A DNA stretch of 64,000 nucleotides from Candidatus Obscuribacteraceae bacterium (GCA_044229845.1 JBGASG010000010.1:64001-128000), one strand, 5' to 3'; numbered from the stretch's first letter, positions 21,507-31,746 are shown. Numbers and translations are program-made. Notes: generated by a model from the sequence alone, not told the origin.

Positions 21507-22628
21507 TTAAGCCGTCTTCGCCATACGATCGGCTTGACTGACCAGGGAGGAGCGGATGGCGCGCGCACGGCCTTCCAACTTGGCTGCTATGGAAGCCCGC
21601 TTGGTCTTCTTCAGAACCCCCGCATAACACTCGATGCAGGCGGCAACGCTGGGATGCTCAACGCCGAAAGCGCGCACTCGAATCTTGAGCGCGTGCTTGA
21701 GCATCTTCTCCGCCTCTTCATACCGATGCTGCGAGACATAAATGTTTGCCAGGTTGAACGCCGATGATGCCGTTTCCGGATGACTGAGCCCGAGAGTCTG
21801 CTCGCGAATCTCCAGAGCCTTCTGCAGGAACAGCTCCGCTTCGCGGAAGCGTCCTTGTGCACGGTACAGGTCCGCCCTCGTCGCCAGAGCCAGCGCCACC
21901 AAGGGGTGCTGCGGAAACAGTTTCTCTTTCTCAGCCGTCAAGGCGCAGCGGAACAGAACCTCCGCGTCAGCGATGCGTCCTTGATTGAAGTAAATCTGGG
22001 CCAGCTCAGTTATCGAACGCGCGTCGCTGGCCTTACCGGAACCGAGGTCGGCGGAGGTGATGGACACGGACTTTTCATAGGCTTCCTTGGCTTCGGTGTT
22101 TTTGCCCTGCCGGCTGCACATGATTGCCAGAGCCAGATGACAGAGCCCGGAAAAGTAATTTCCCGCACCCAGGTTGCGGTCGTATAGACTCAACGACTTG
22201 CGGATGATGTCTTCGGCGCGAGCGTAGTCGCCGGCAGCATGATAGAGTCCGCCGAGGTAGTTGCGCCGCTCTGCAACCTGCAGGCTGTCAGGTCCATAAG
22301 TCTGCTCGGACAACTGCAGAGCTCGCAGGTAGTACGGTTCGGCTTCTGAAAACTTGTCTTGGATGCGCATGATCAGCGCCAGTCGATGCGCCGCCTGAAT
22401 CAGGTCTTCGGCGCTGGCTGTACCGCAATTGGTGCGAATGTTGAGAGAGCGCACGTAGAGCAATTCGGCACGCCCGTACTGCCCTTCGGTGTGGAAGAGC
22501 TCAGCCAGAATATCGAGTTCGACGCAAACAGCCGGGTCGTCTTTGCCGGCTTCCTTCTCGCGGCGGGCCAGCGCCTCTTCGGCTTCCTGGATCTTCCGTC
22601 CTCTGGTACGCTCCATGGGCAGATTCAT
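21507..22628 (-). CDS. Tetratricopeptide repeat protein (kinesin-light-chain-type repeats)
   Basis: Repeated L.Y..QG.Y.EAE.L..KAL.IRE..LG..HP motifs. Confidence 0.88.
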   Translation of the reverse strand: MNLPMERTRGRKIQEAEEALARREKEAGKDDPAVCVELDILAELFHTEGQYGRAELLYVRSLNIRTNCGTASAEDLIQAAHRLALIMRIQDKFSEAEPYYLRALQLSEQTYGPDSLQVAERRNYLGGLYHAAGDYARAEDIIRKSLSLYDRNLGAGNYFSGLCHLALAIMCSRQGKNTEAKEAYEKSVSITSADLGSGKASDARSITELAQIYFNQGRIADAEVLFRCALTAEKEKLFPQHPLVALALATRADLYRAQGRFREAELFLQKALEIREQTLGLSHPETASSAFNLANIYVSQHRYEEAEKMLKHALKIRVRAFGVEHPSVAACIECYAGVLKKTKRASIAAKLEGRARAIRSSLVSQADRMAKTA

Positions 22629-22665
22629 GGGTGGAACTCCCTCACCTTTCTTGATTATACAGTGG

Positions 22666-24030
22666 TTACGGCTTCGACTGTTGACGATAAAGGGACATGA
22701 CTTCCGCCATCACTTCTTTCAGCGCTACACCATGGGCGGTGGCATAAGCGGCACAATCTTCGAATTCCGGTTGGACGTTGATAATCTGTCCGCTGAGGTC
22801 GCGGCCGATTTTCAGACGCACCACCTCGCCCGCGGGTAACTGCACCTCCACCCACTGGCGATCAGCCAACACGCGCTGAGCGAGGTAGGAACGCGCCCCC
22901 AGCGAGGTTGTTTGAGCAAGCAACACCGCTTCCATCTTGAAGCGATCTGCAACCCGGGCTATCACCTGCACGAGATGTCCGCTGCGTCCCTTCTTCATCA
23001 CCGCCGGCAATACCACCACATCGAGGGCACCGGCGGCAAACAACTGATCCACGGCGTAACTGAGGGCTTGCGGAGAAAGGTCGTCCAGATTGGTTTCGAC
23101 AACGGCAATGCACTCGTTTTTGAACTGTGTCGAGTTGCCGCCGGTGGCATCGCCGACGACCAGACGGCAAGCATTCGGCCAGCCCGCCGGATCCTTGCTG
23201 CCGGCGCCATAGCCGACACCGGTGATGCGTTCAAACGACGGCGGAACTCCCCACTGGCTAGCGATTTCGCAAAGTATCGCGGCACCGGTGGGCGTCAGGC
23301 ACTCGAATTTGTGTTCACTGGATATGGTGGCAGCGCCGCCATGTTGTAACAGGTAGAGCACAGCCGGACCGGGCACTGCCAGAGTGCCATGAGCAGCTTT
23401 GACGAAACCGCTGCCGATCGGAACCGCCGACACATAGCTGCTTTCAATATCTAGCATTGTATAGCCGATAGCAAAACCGAGGATGTCGACAATAGCGTCG
23501 ACAGCACCGACCTCATGAAAGTGCACTTCGTTCTTACTGGTGCCGTGTACCTGCGCTTCGGAGACGGCGAGTCTCTCGAAGATGCGCGCTGCCAGGTCCT
23601 TGGCGCGAGGGGCAATTGCCGAGTCGGCAATGATTTTCAGCACATCACTCAGATGCCTGGTGCCTTCCGCATGAGAGTGCGACTCGCCGTTGCTGTGCGC
23701 GTGTTCGTGTTCATGCCCGTGTTCATGCCCGTGTTCATGCCCGTGTTCATGCCCGTGTTCATGCCCGTGACCACGGCTGTGCACTGCGCTAAATGTCGGC
23801 TGACTCCCGGCTTCGCCGGCGGCGTCAGCCGGAACGAGCACCAGAAGTTTCTTGCAGGCAACCGTGCCGCGCCTGACGTCGTGCAGCTCCACCTTGAAGG
23901 ATCCAGCCGGCAGCTCGACCTTTTTCAATTCTTGCCGCCATTCTTCAAAAGGTAGTCCGGCGTCAAGCAGAGCACCAAGCAGCATGTCGCCTGCTGCTCC
24001 AAACTGGCAGTCGAAATAAGCGACCCTCAT
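22666..24030 (-). CDS. larC: Nickel-pincer cofactor biosynthesis protein LarC
   Basis: YFDCQFGAAGDMLLGALLDAG, His-rich insert, VHFHEVGAVDAIVDI, TPTGAA, ETNLDD, MKKGR, PEFEDC. Confidence 0.95.
   Translation of the reverse strand: MRVAYFDCQFGAAGDMLLGALLDAGLPFEEWRQELKKVELPAGSFKVELHDVRRGTVACKKLLVLVPADAAGEAGSQPTFSAVHSRGHGHEHGHEHGHEHGHEHGHEHEHAHSNGESHSHAEGTRHLSDVLKIIADSAIAPRAKDLAARIFERLAVSEAQVHGTSKNEVHFHEVGAVDAIVDILGFAIGYTMLDIESSYVSAVPIGSGFVKAAHGTLAVPGPAVLYLLQHGGAATISSEHKFECLTPTGAAILCEIASQWGVPPSFERITGVGYGAGSKDPAGWPNACRLVVGDATGGNSTQFKNECIAVVETNLDDLSPQALSYAVDQLFAAGALDVVVLPAVMKKGRSGHLVQVIARVADRFKMEAVLLAQTTSLGARSYLAQRVLADRQWVEVQLPAGEVVRLKIGRDLSGQIINVQPEFEDCAAYATAHGVALKEVMAEVMSLYRQQSKP
23707..23766 (-). 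repeat. Perfect 12-nt repeat x5 encoding (GHEH)5 in LarC
   Basis: GTGTTCATGCCC repeated five times exactly on + strand. Confidence 0.95.
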
Positions 24031-24031
24031 G

Positions 24032-24685
24032 CTAATGACTCGCGGTCGGCAGGGACTTCAAAACGATTTCCGGCAGAGCACCGTCGGCAGTGACGCTGAT
24101 CTGTCTTTCGGCCAGCGATTGCACGTCGCCATGTTCGCTGTCGACCACTTTGAGCGTCTTGTGCCCTGGTGTGAGCACCAGGCGAAATGTTCCATCACGA
24201 GCGGTTCTCGAGAGTCCGCCGCCAGAGATGAGATCCTCAGGCGTCGAGGGTTTGGCGGCCGACGGACCGACTACTACAACTACATCTCGAACACCCTTGT
24301 CGCCCGCGACCACACGTCCGGTGATCAGGAATCCACGGTGCAGTCGAATAATTACTTGCTTGGTTTCCCGTCCCGTCAGATTGCCATATTGAGCCATCGC
24401 CAGGCGCGTCTTCTCGTCGGCGATCACTTCCAGAGAAACACCGGAGCAGGCTGCATGCTTGACTGAAAAATCTCCCTTGCCGTTGGTGACAATCGAGACG
24501 AGTTCGCCGCTGTCATGGTTGCGGAGCAAGATCTTGGCTCCGGCAACCGGCTTCGAAAGCGGATCCAAAATCTTGCCGCGCAGAGCGACTTTCTCTTCGC
24601 CACCGATAGCGGGCGCTAGCGCCAGAGAAAATGCGCCCAACAGCAGTGCACCGCGCAGTCCATCAAGCAGAAACTGTTTTGTCAT
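24032..24685 (-). CDS. Secreted protein with two carboxypeptidase-regulatory-like (prealbumin fold) domains
   Basis: Signal peptide from ATG 24685; LRGKILDPLSKPVAGAKI...TNGKGDF and ITGRVV...RTARDGTFRL. Confidence 0.7.
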   Translation of the reverse strand: MTKQFLLDGLRGALLLGAFSLALAPAIGGEEKVALRGKILDPLSKPVAGAKILLRNHDSGELVSIVTNGKGDFSVKHAACSGVSLEVIADEKTRLAMAQYGNLTGRETKQVIIRLHRGFLITGRVVAGDKGVRDVVVVVGPSAAKPSTPEDLISGGGLSRTARDGTFRLVLTPGHKTLKVVDSEHGDVQSLAERQISVTADGALPEIVLKSLPTASH

Positions 24686-24744
24686 TGCCAGCCATCTCGC
24701 GTCGTCGTGCGCACGCTTACACACACCGCGGAAACTATACACGA

Positions 24745-25869
24745 TCACCGTCCGGCAGAGGTGAGAAGCTGGCCGGTTGCGGCGCAAGTTCCGGTTGCTA
24801 CGCGGACGGCCAATTCGACCGGTGCGCGGAAGAGTGCCACACTGTCTCGGGACTGAGCCATCCGTTCGAGGCACCAGTAAATTATCAAGAATGCCGAAAG
24901 CCTGATCCAGAGAGCAACAGTTTGCTTATCGTAGGCTTCGCCGACACCCTTCCTTTTCCATTCTCGCTCATAGGATTTGAGGAAGGCTTGCAATCTCTTT
25001 TCGCTGACCGCTGTCTGCTCCGACGCGGCGGCATTCTCTCGTTCGGTCGCCAGTGCGAAAGTAAGCGCTCCGTAGGCAATATCCTGTACGCGGGCGCCGA
25101 TCTGCAAATCCTCATAATCAATCACTCCGACAACTTTGTCTGGACTGCTGAAGAGCAGATTGGCAGGATGGTAGTCGCCATGCAGCAGTGCCGTTGGTGC
25201 TTGAGCTTGCCGACTCGCCGGCAACAACCGCACATCTTCGATTACCTCTCTTAGTTGTTCGATCAACGAGTTACCCAGCGACTCTCTGATTGAGAAGCCG
25301 GGAACTGCATCGCCGCCCAATTTCGCGAGCGCAGCGGTCAGCCAGCCGGTTAGACTATCCAGCACCGCAGCATCCGCGACATCCAACTTTGACCCGGCAG
25401 ATAGCAACTTAGAAGACGCTGCATGAAAAAGCGCCAACGTCTCACCGCCTGCCGCCGACTCGATTTCACCCCACGTGCAATAGGTCCAGTCCATGGACGG
25501 CAGGCTTTCCACATAGTCATACAGCGACCAGAGGCAACCGTCGGACTGGAACAGCGTTGCACCAGATACGGTGCGAATCGCCGCCGGCGTCAGATGAAAG
25601 CCCGTGCTGCGCAGCTTGCCGATTGCCGCGTGCTGAGCTTCTATTCGCGGGGCGGTTTTGCCGGGAGCGTGACTTTTCAGGCAATAAACCACCCGCGGTC
25701 CGCTGGTGTCATCGGTAATTCTTGCGACAGTCGATGAAGCACCGCCACGCATGGGAGTGATGGAGAAGTCGGCAAGCCGATAGTTTTCGGCAATCTGTGT
25801 GGACAGAGTGCCGCGGCGGCGCGGTTCTAACTTGAAACCGTTAAGATCGTCCGCGTCGTCCATTGGCAT
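24745..25869 (-). CDS. APH / homoserine kinase type II-like phosphotransferase
   Basis: LALFH, LLHGDYHPANLLF, GVIDYED, DIA motifs. Confidence 0.82.
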   Translation of the reverse strand: MPMDDADDLNGFKLEPRRRGTLSTQIAENYRLADFSITPMRGGASSTVARITDDTSGPRVVYCLKSHAPGKTAPRIEAQHAAIGKLRSTGFHLTPAAIRTVSGATLFQSDGCLWSLYDYVESLPSMDWTYCTWGEIESAAGGETLALFHAASSKLLSAGSKLDVADAAVLDSLTGWLTAALAKLGGDAVPGFSIRESLGNSLIEQLREVIEDVRLLPASRQAQAPTALLHGDYHPANLLFSSPDKVVGVIDYEDLQIGARVQDIAYGALTFALATERENAAASEQTAVSEKRLQAFLKSYEREWKRKGVGEAYDKQTVALWIRLSAFLIIYWCLERMAQSRDSVALFRAPVELAVRVATGTCAATGQLLTSAGR

Positions 25870-25956
25870 CCCTCGACCGAGAACAGGTATTCTATTAAAA
25901 TCTAGATTCTAAAATCTAGAATCCCAGGCAATTTCCCAGTCTCCCAGTCTTCAGTC

Positions 25957-27054
25957 ATGGTCATCCAGATCGGTCCTTTGAGCTTGAAGAGCCGTGTATA
26001 CGTGCCGCCAATGGCGGGCGTGACGGATCTGGTTTTTCGCGACATCGTGCGCCGCGTCGACCCGCATTGCCTTATGTCGACGGAAATGGTCTCCAGCCGC
26101 AGTCTGCAATACCGCCCCGAGTCGAGAATTATGGACCTTTCGAACACGGAGCATCCGATTGGCATTCAGGTCTTCGGACACGAGCCTGACTGCATGGCTG
26201 CTGCGGCGCAGATGGCTGAGGCTCGCGGAGCTGACTTCATTGACGTGAACATGGGCTGTCCGGTCCCAAAAATCACCAAGGGCAAGGACGGTTGCGCGTT
26301 GATGCGCGAACCGGACCTAGCGCGCGAGATTCTCACAACCATGAAGAGCGCCGTCAACATCCCGGTCACCGTCAAGTTTCGTCTGGGTTGGGACGATGAC
26401 TCGCGCAACGCAGTAGAGTTTGGACTGATGGCTGAAGATGCTGGTGTCAGTGCCATCACACTGCACGGCCGCACCCGCCAGCAGCTTTATTCCGGCAAGG
26501 CCGACTGGAGTTTCATTGCCAAAGTCAAAAAGGCCGTTTCGGTGCCGCTTTTCGGCAATGGCGATGTGTTCGAACCCGAAGATGCAATACGCCTGCTCGA
26601 AATGACTGGCTGTGATGGCGTCGCGGTTGCCCGTGGCACGCTCGGCAATCCCTGGCTGATTCCGCGCATCACCAAATTTATCGAAACCGGCATCCTCGAC
26701 GATCCACCCGACGATGTCGAAAGGCTGATCGCTGCGTTTCTGCATTGCCTGGGGCTGATCAGATACAAAGGCGTCAGGGTCGGAACCGACCAGTCGCGCC
26801 GGCATCTCACTCATTACACTAAGGGCATTCGCGGTGCTGCGCCATTTCGCGCCCGTCTGACACAAATCAAAAGCGCGGCTGAGTGCCTGGCGGTACTGTC
26901 CGAACTGGCCGAACTGGCGGCCGGTCCGAGCGGCAAAGCGATGTTTCTCGCAGCCGTTGAAGCCAGCTACCTGAGCTACCAGGCGTCGCTGGAAGCAGGC
27001 GGATTCGCCGTTGCCAACGCCGTCGCCAACGCACCATCTCCGGTGCATGCTTGA
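25957..27054 (+). CDS. dusB: tRNA-dihydrouridine synthase
   Basis: PMAGVTD, DVNMGCP, VTVKFRLGW, HGRTRQQLYSGKADW, GNGD. Confidence 0.93.
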   Translation: MVIQIGPLSLKSRVYVPPMAGVTDLVFRDIVRRVDPHCLMSTEMVSSRSLQYRPESRIMDLSNTEHPIGIQVFGHEPDCMAAAAQMAEARGADFIDVNMGCPVPKITKGKDGCALMREPDLAREILTTMKSAVNIPVTVKFRLGWDDDSRNAVEFGLMAEDAGVSAITLHGRTRQQLYSGKADWSFIAKVKKAVSVPLFGNGDVFEPEDAIRLLEMTGCDGVAVARGTLGNPWLIPRITKFIETGILDDPPDDVERLIAAFLHCLGLIRYKGVRVGTDQSRRHLTHYTKGIRGAAPFRARLTQIKSAAECLAVLSELAELAAGPSGKAMFLAAVEASYLSYQASLEAGGFAVANAVANAPSPVHA

Positions 27055-27078
27055 ACTGATCGGCAGCCGCGGGCAGCC

Positions 27079-27288
27079 TCAGTGCCAGTAGAGGATAGTT
27101 ATTTCCAGAACGGCAAAAACCCAGGCAAAGGGCACGGCAACGGTGAACACCATGTCTAAGCCGAAGTTGATGTCTATGCCGTCTCGCCAGTCACAGAACC
27201 AGAGAACCGCGTTGGTAAAGGGCGTGATGCACCAGCCCATAATTCCGGCCAGGACCGAAAGAACCAGAATGAATGCCCAAAAATCCAT
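27079..27288 (-). CDS. Small two-TM membrane protein
   Basis: 69 aa with two hydrophobic segments; fills the gap between dusB and rpoZ. Confidence 0.5.
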   Translation of the reverse strand: MDFWAFILVLSVLAGIMGWCITPFTNAVLWFCDWRDGIDINFGLDMVFTVAVPFAWVFAVLEITILYWH

Positions 27289-27565
27289 TAATACCTAGCC
27301 TGAATGCGGCTCAACGCCATCGCCAATTTAGTTGCAAGCAGGACCCATGACAAGTGATTTACAACTTAAGTAAAAGTTTACTGGCGCAGCGATTTTGATC
27401 AATACCGAAAACCCTTGAAATCACGGGATTTTCGCGACCTGAGTGGGGTTTATACGATGCCAAGTTTCGTAATCACCGAATTCTTGGCAGGGCTCTCGCC
27501 GTCGATAGCCCCTTGACTTCAACAGAAGTGTTTAAACGCCCTAAGGGAAAAATCAGCACCCTAAG

Positions 27566-27592
27566 AAAAAAGCCGGTCTCGAAGGACCGGCT
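27566..27592 (-). terminator. Intrinsic terminator after rpoZ
   Basis: Minus strand AGCCGGTC-cttcga-GACCGGCT followed by TTTTT. Confidence 0.8.
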
Positions 27593-27625
27593 CGAAATGC
27601 TTGCGTGATGCGCCCAGCGCCCGGC

Positions 27626-27844
27626 TTAGAAACCGACCAGGTAATCGCCGCCCGTTGAGATCAGGATTGTGCCGTCGCCTTCAGCGGCAACCATTTGCAG
27701 CGCCTGAATGACGGGGTTGGTAGCGCGTGGCTGGTCGCGCGTTTCATTCTTGATCTGCTTGGCGCGCTGAGCGACCTTCAGTACCAGTTCGTAGCGATTG
27801 GGGTAATTTTCCAGAAGCTGGTCGAGAATGCGTGTCGTGCTCAT
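27626..27844 (-). CDS. rpoZ: RNA polymerase omega subunit
   Basis: NRYELVLKVAQRAKQI...NPVIQAL; directly downstream of gmk. Confidence 0.85.
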   Translation of the reverse strand: MSTTRILDQLLENYPNRYELVLKVAQRAKQIKNETRDQPRATNPVIQALQMVAAEGDGTILISTGGDYLVGF

Positions 27845-27855
27845 GTTTAGTGCTC

Positions 27856-28524
27856 TCAGCGTTGTTTGATACGGCAACGTTCAGCATACACTATGTGTAC
27901 GAGATTCCGCACGGCTTCCTCTACATCGTCGTTTACAACCTCGTAATCGAAGAGGTGTCGCTCTTTCAGCTCTTGTTCGGCCTTGCGCAGGCGCAAGGCG
28001 ACTTTGTCCTTGCTCTCGGTGCCGCGGTTCGTGAGCCGCTCCCGAAGCGCGTTGAACGACGGAGGCGATATGAAGATAAGAACAGCTTGAGGAAACGCTC
28101 TGGCGATCTGCTTGGCGCCCTGCACTTCGATTTCGAGCAGAACGTCGATGCCGAGTGCCAGCTGCTCTTTGACCCAGACGCGCGGTGTGCCGTAATAAGA
28201 GCCGGCAAACTCAGCCGATTCCATCAGCTCGTCTTGCGCGCGCAACTCATCGAACTGCGCCTGGGTCCGGAAGAAATAGTCGACACCTTCCTGTTCGCCA
28301 AATCTCTGTTCGCGGGTTGTAACCGAGACCGACCGCACCAGATTAGGGCACTGCTCAATTAAGAGCTTGCGCAGAGTTCCCTTGCCAACTCCGGACGGTC
28401 CGGTGAAGACGATGAGATTTCCAGGTTGAGTCTTGTCCGCGGGCATGAACTCTTGCAGATTTGCCTCATCTGCCTTCAGCGAATACAGATTCTCTTTCTG
28501 TTTCACGCTGCCTCTGCCTTTCAT
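27856..28524 (-). CDS. gmk: Guanylate kinase (start may be 28446)
   Basis: GPSGVGKGT, SVSVTTR, EQEGVDYFF, YYGTP, EIEVQGA. Confidence 0.96.
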   Translation of the reverse strand: MKGRGSVKQKENLYSLKADEANLQEFMPADKTQPGNLIVFTGPSGVGKGTLRKLLIEQCPNLVRSVSVTTREQRFGEQEGVDYFFRTQAQFDELRAQDELMESAEFAGSYYGTPRVWVKEQLALGIDVLLEIEVQGAKQIARAFPQAVLIFISPPSFNALRERLTNRGTESKDKVALRLRKAEQELKERHLFDYEVVNDDVEEAVRNLVHIVYAERCRIKQR

Positions 28525-28701
28525 CCGGTTTAGGTATCCATGCGAAGTCTAGGACGTACGTGTTATTTCAAAGGTAACTTAAGGTCTCTAGCTCGTAAAG
28601 AGCGCATTGCGAAATCGCATGGGAATTCTCCCCTCAAACGGCTTACCCCCTGATAGTATTTTGCAGGAACAACAAGCAAGATTCCGCTCACCCCAAAAGC
28701 G

Positions 28702-30642
28702 ATGCAGCCATTTGATGCACTTACCATGCGGGCCGTCCTGCAAGAAGCGACGCCTTTGCTTCTCAACCGTAAACTGGACAAGGTTTACCAGCTGGGGCGC
28801 GACGAAGTAGTCATCGCCTTCCGCTCCAAAACCGGTCCGGGTCACTTCTTGATGTCGGCGCAGGCATCCTACGGTCGACTCTGCCTGGTGATGACGCCCA
28901 ATCTGCCCAAGCAACAGAACCCTCCCGGGTTTTGCATGTTGCTGCGCAAGCACCTGACTGGGGCCACCATCGTCGGCGTCGAGCAACTCCTGGGCGAGCG
29001 CGTGTGCGACCTGATTCTGGCTTGCGTGGATGAGCTGGGCAACAAATCAACTAAGGTCCTGACGGCTGAGATTATGGGTCGTCACAGCAACCTGATTTTC
29101 TGGGACAAGGACACCAATAAGATTATCGGCGCCTCGCATGTGGTGACACCGGAGATGAGCCGGCAACGAGAAGTGGCGCCGGGACTGCTTTACGTGCGTC
29201 CGCCTCAGCAAGACAAGCCGAGCGTCTTCGATGTCAGTCAGGAAAAATTCGGCGAGCTTTTCCAGAAGATACCGGTGCTGGTGTCAGCGACCGCGTCCAA
29301 CCCAGCACCACCTGCGCAACCACAGTCAGGCAACGGACCCGGTCCGTCCCACCTGTCGCGTGAGGTGACGACGCTGGAACAATGGCTACTGAGCACCTTT
29401 TCCGGGATGGGGCGGCATCTGGCCGAAGAGTTGATCGGCGCCACCAAACTGCCCGACCAGCTGGCGGCTCTGTCGGTCAACAGCGAAAGCGAGCAGACTC
29501 TATTCAATCGCATTCAGATGCTGCAAAAGATCGACCGATATCACCCGGCGATGGCGCTTGATCTGACCCGCTATACGGTGCTTTCCTGGTGGCAGGAGAC
29601 CATGAGCTCCGAGGAGTGGGAAGCCAACTGGAAAAAGTTTCCCGCCGCCAACGACATGGTGGAGGACTACTTCCGGGCCCTGCACGCCCGCGAGCAGATA
29701 CAGCAGCTGCGCGACCGCATCCGGTCCGACCTCAAGCTGGAGCTGGACAAACTGGATACTCGCTTTGCGGCAGCCAGCAAACAACTGGAGTCGTCGCAAA
29801 ATCACCAGCAACTCAAAGAGTACGGCGACTTGATTCTGGCAAACCTGGGCGGTATCGACCGCGGGCAGGAGCAGCTGATCTGCGACAACCTGCATGCAGG
29901 CTATGGCGGACAGGTGGCTATCGCCCTCAACCCCAATCTCACCGCTTCACAAAACGCACAGAGCTATTACCGCCAGTACGCCAAAGCCAGGGTGAGACAG
30001 AAAACGGCGGACGCTGCGCAGTCGGATGCCAAAACCAAACTCGACCTGGTGCGCAGCCAGCTGACCCGCCTGGACAATGCCTCCACCCTGGAAGACCTGG
30101 AACAACTGCGCGACCTTATTTTGCATCGTTCGCGCCGACCGGACCAGTCTCGTTCCAACCAGACCTCATCCGCAGCTGGTAAAGGCGGCGGTCGCGGAGT
30201 CCCCACCGGCGGTGGCGACAGAGGAACCGGTCAAGGAGGCGGTGCCAAGCATCCGCGCCTGATGAGCACCCGCTCTTCAGATGGCTGGTTGATTTACATC
30301 GGTCGCAACAGAATCGAAAATGACGTTTTGATCAGCAAGCTGGCGGCACCCCACGATCTCTGGTTGCACGTGCAAGGGCAAGAAGGCGCGCATGTTCTGA
30401 TCAAAAATCCCAACAAACAGGACCCGCCGGGTTCCACTCTGAAAGAGGCGGCACAGCTGGCCGCGCGCTTCTCGCGAGTCTCTCTAGGCGCAAAGGTACG
30501 AGTTGTCTACACACACGTCAAATACGTGAAGAAAATCGGCAAAGACAAACCAGGCATGGTTCGTTATGAGAACGAACGCACCCTGGAAGTCGACACCGGT
30601 GCACCGATGCCGCCCGCGCTGCGCAAGCTCTTCAACAAGTAG
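28702..30642 (+). CDS. rqcH: NFACT / RqcH (FbpA-like) ribosome quality-control protein
   Basis: MQPFDALT, FCMLLRKHL, EIMGRHSNLI, NAQSYY, IGRNRIEND, DLWLH...GAHV. Confidence 0.9.
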   Translation: MQPFDALTMRAVLQEATPLLLNRKLDKVYQLGRDEVVIAFRSKTGPGHFLMSAQASYGRLCLVMTPNLPKQQNPPGFCMLLRKHLTGATIVGVEQLLGERVCDLILACVDELGNKSTKVLTAEIMGRHSNLIFWDKDTNKIIGASHVVTPEMSRQREVAPGLLYVRPPQQDKPSVFDVSQEKFGELFQKIPVLVSATASNPAPPAQPQSGNGPGPSHLSREVTTLEQWLLSTFSGMGRHLAEELIGATKLPDQLAALSVNSESEQTLFNRIQMLQKIDRYHPAMALDLTRYTVLSWWQETMSSEEWEANWKKFPAANDMVEDYFRALHAREQIQQLRDRIRSDLKLELDKLDTRFAAASKQLESSQNHQQLKEYGDLILANLGGIDRGQEQLICDNLHAGYGGQVAIALNPNLTASQNAQSYYRQYAKARVRQKTADAAQSDAKTKLDLVRSQLTRLDNASTLEDLEQLRDLILHRSRRPDQSRSNQTSSAAGKGGGRGVPTGGGDRGTGQGGGAKHPRLMSTRSSDGWLIYIGRNRIENDVLISKLAAPHDLWLHVQGQEGAHVLIKNPNKQDPPGSTLKEAAQLAARFSRVSLGAKVRVVYTHVKYVKKIGKDKPGMVRYENERTLEVDTGAPMPPALRKLFNK

Positions 30643-30651
30643 CAGCGTTAA

Positions 30652-31347
30652 CTACATCTTCCGGAACAGTGCCACCACCACGCCTTGTATCTGCAGGTCG
30701 CTGGCTGCATCAATGAAGATAGGCTCCATCGATGAATTTGCCGGCTGCAGGCGGAAGCGTCCTTTTTCTTTGAAGAAACGTTTTAGCGTCGCGGTACCAT
30801 CCTCGGTGAGGCAGACGGCGATCTCTCCGTTGTTAGGAGTTGGCTTTGGCTTGACGATAACAAAGTCACCATCGAAGATACCGTCTTCTATCATCGACTC
30901 GCCTTTGACTTTGAGCGCGTAGCACCCTGAGTCGGCATACTGGCTTTCCACTTCCAGATATTCGTCGGATTGAATGGCATCAATCGGCGTACCGGCGGCG
31001 ATGGCACCAACAAGCGGCAGTTTGCTTTGCCGCGAATTGTAAGTTTGAGCCGGCTCGGCTACCCTTGCACCACGCTTGGTGCCGGCTGGCGCCGTTACAA
31101 CGCGCGGCGGTGGAGCTTCCCCCTCTTCGCCTTCGCCGATTACACGCAGCGAACGGTTGAGTCCAGGCTCCCACGAAACCATGCCCTTGTTTTTCAATGC
31201 CACCACGTGCTGGTGCACCGTCATGCGGTTACGCAGCCCCATTGCTTTAGCCAGGTCTGCCAGAGTCGGAGGAAAGCCGCGCTCATTCGTCAGTTCTTGA
31301 ATCAGCCGCAATACTTCCTTCTGCCTGGGCGGAAGCTCAACGCTCAT
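30652..31347 (-). CDS. lexA: SOS repressor LexA
   Basis: N-terminal wHTH (GFPPTLADLA), Ala-Gly cleavage site IAAGTP, Ser (GESM) and Lys (TLKR). Confidence 0.93.
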   Translation of the reverse strand: MSVELPPRQKEVLRLIQELTNERGFPPTLADLAKAMGLRNRMTVHQHVVALKNKGMVSWEPGLNRSLRVIGEGEEGEAPPPRVVTAPAGTKRGARVAEPAQTYNSRQSKLPLVGAIAAGTPIDAIQSDEYLEVESQYADSGCYALKVKGESMIEDGIFDGDFVIVKPKPTPNNGEIAVCLTEDGTATLKRFFKEKGRFRLQPANSSMEPIFIDAASDLQIQGVVVALFRKM

Positions 31348-31530
31348 TAGTAAAGTAATCCCCCTTTTGTCCACCACACGGGCCTTTTGACAAGGCACAT
31401 ACGTAAGTATAGTACCCGTCGATCTGTATGTCTAGCCCCCAAATGAGAACCTCGACAGTAGGAACCTGTGTAGCTTTCCGACTATCTGTAGGGTTGATTG
31501 AGTCCAGCCAAAGCCGGACGGGAGACAAAA

Positions 31531-31746
31531 ATGCAATCAACAAGTAATGGAGAGGTACATGTGGTGCCTTATCGGGAAGCCTGGGCGGTGGAAGCCCTTG
31601 GCATTAAGTATGTAGAGTTCGCCACCCAAGAGCTGGCGTTAAATTTCGGTCGCCTGCAGGCGGAGAAAAAACAGGCACCGCTTTTCGTGCACAGCCGCGA
31701 CGGCGAAATAGTTGCGTACAAGAAAAAAGGTGCGCAGGCAGCTTGA
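31531..31746 (+). CDS. DUF2188-family small protein
   Basis: HVVP...WAV...FATQELA..GR..A......FVHSRDGEI pattern; GGAG RBS. Confidence 0.75.
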   Translation: MQSTSNGEVHVVPYREAWAVEALGIKYVEFATQELALNFGRLQAEKKQAPLFVHSRDGEIVAYKKKGAQAA

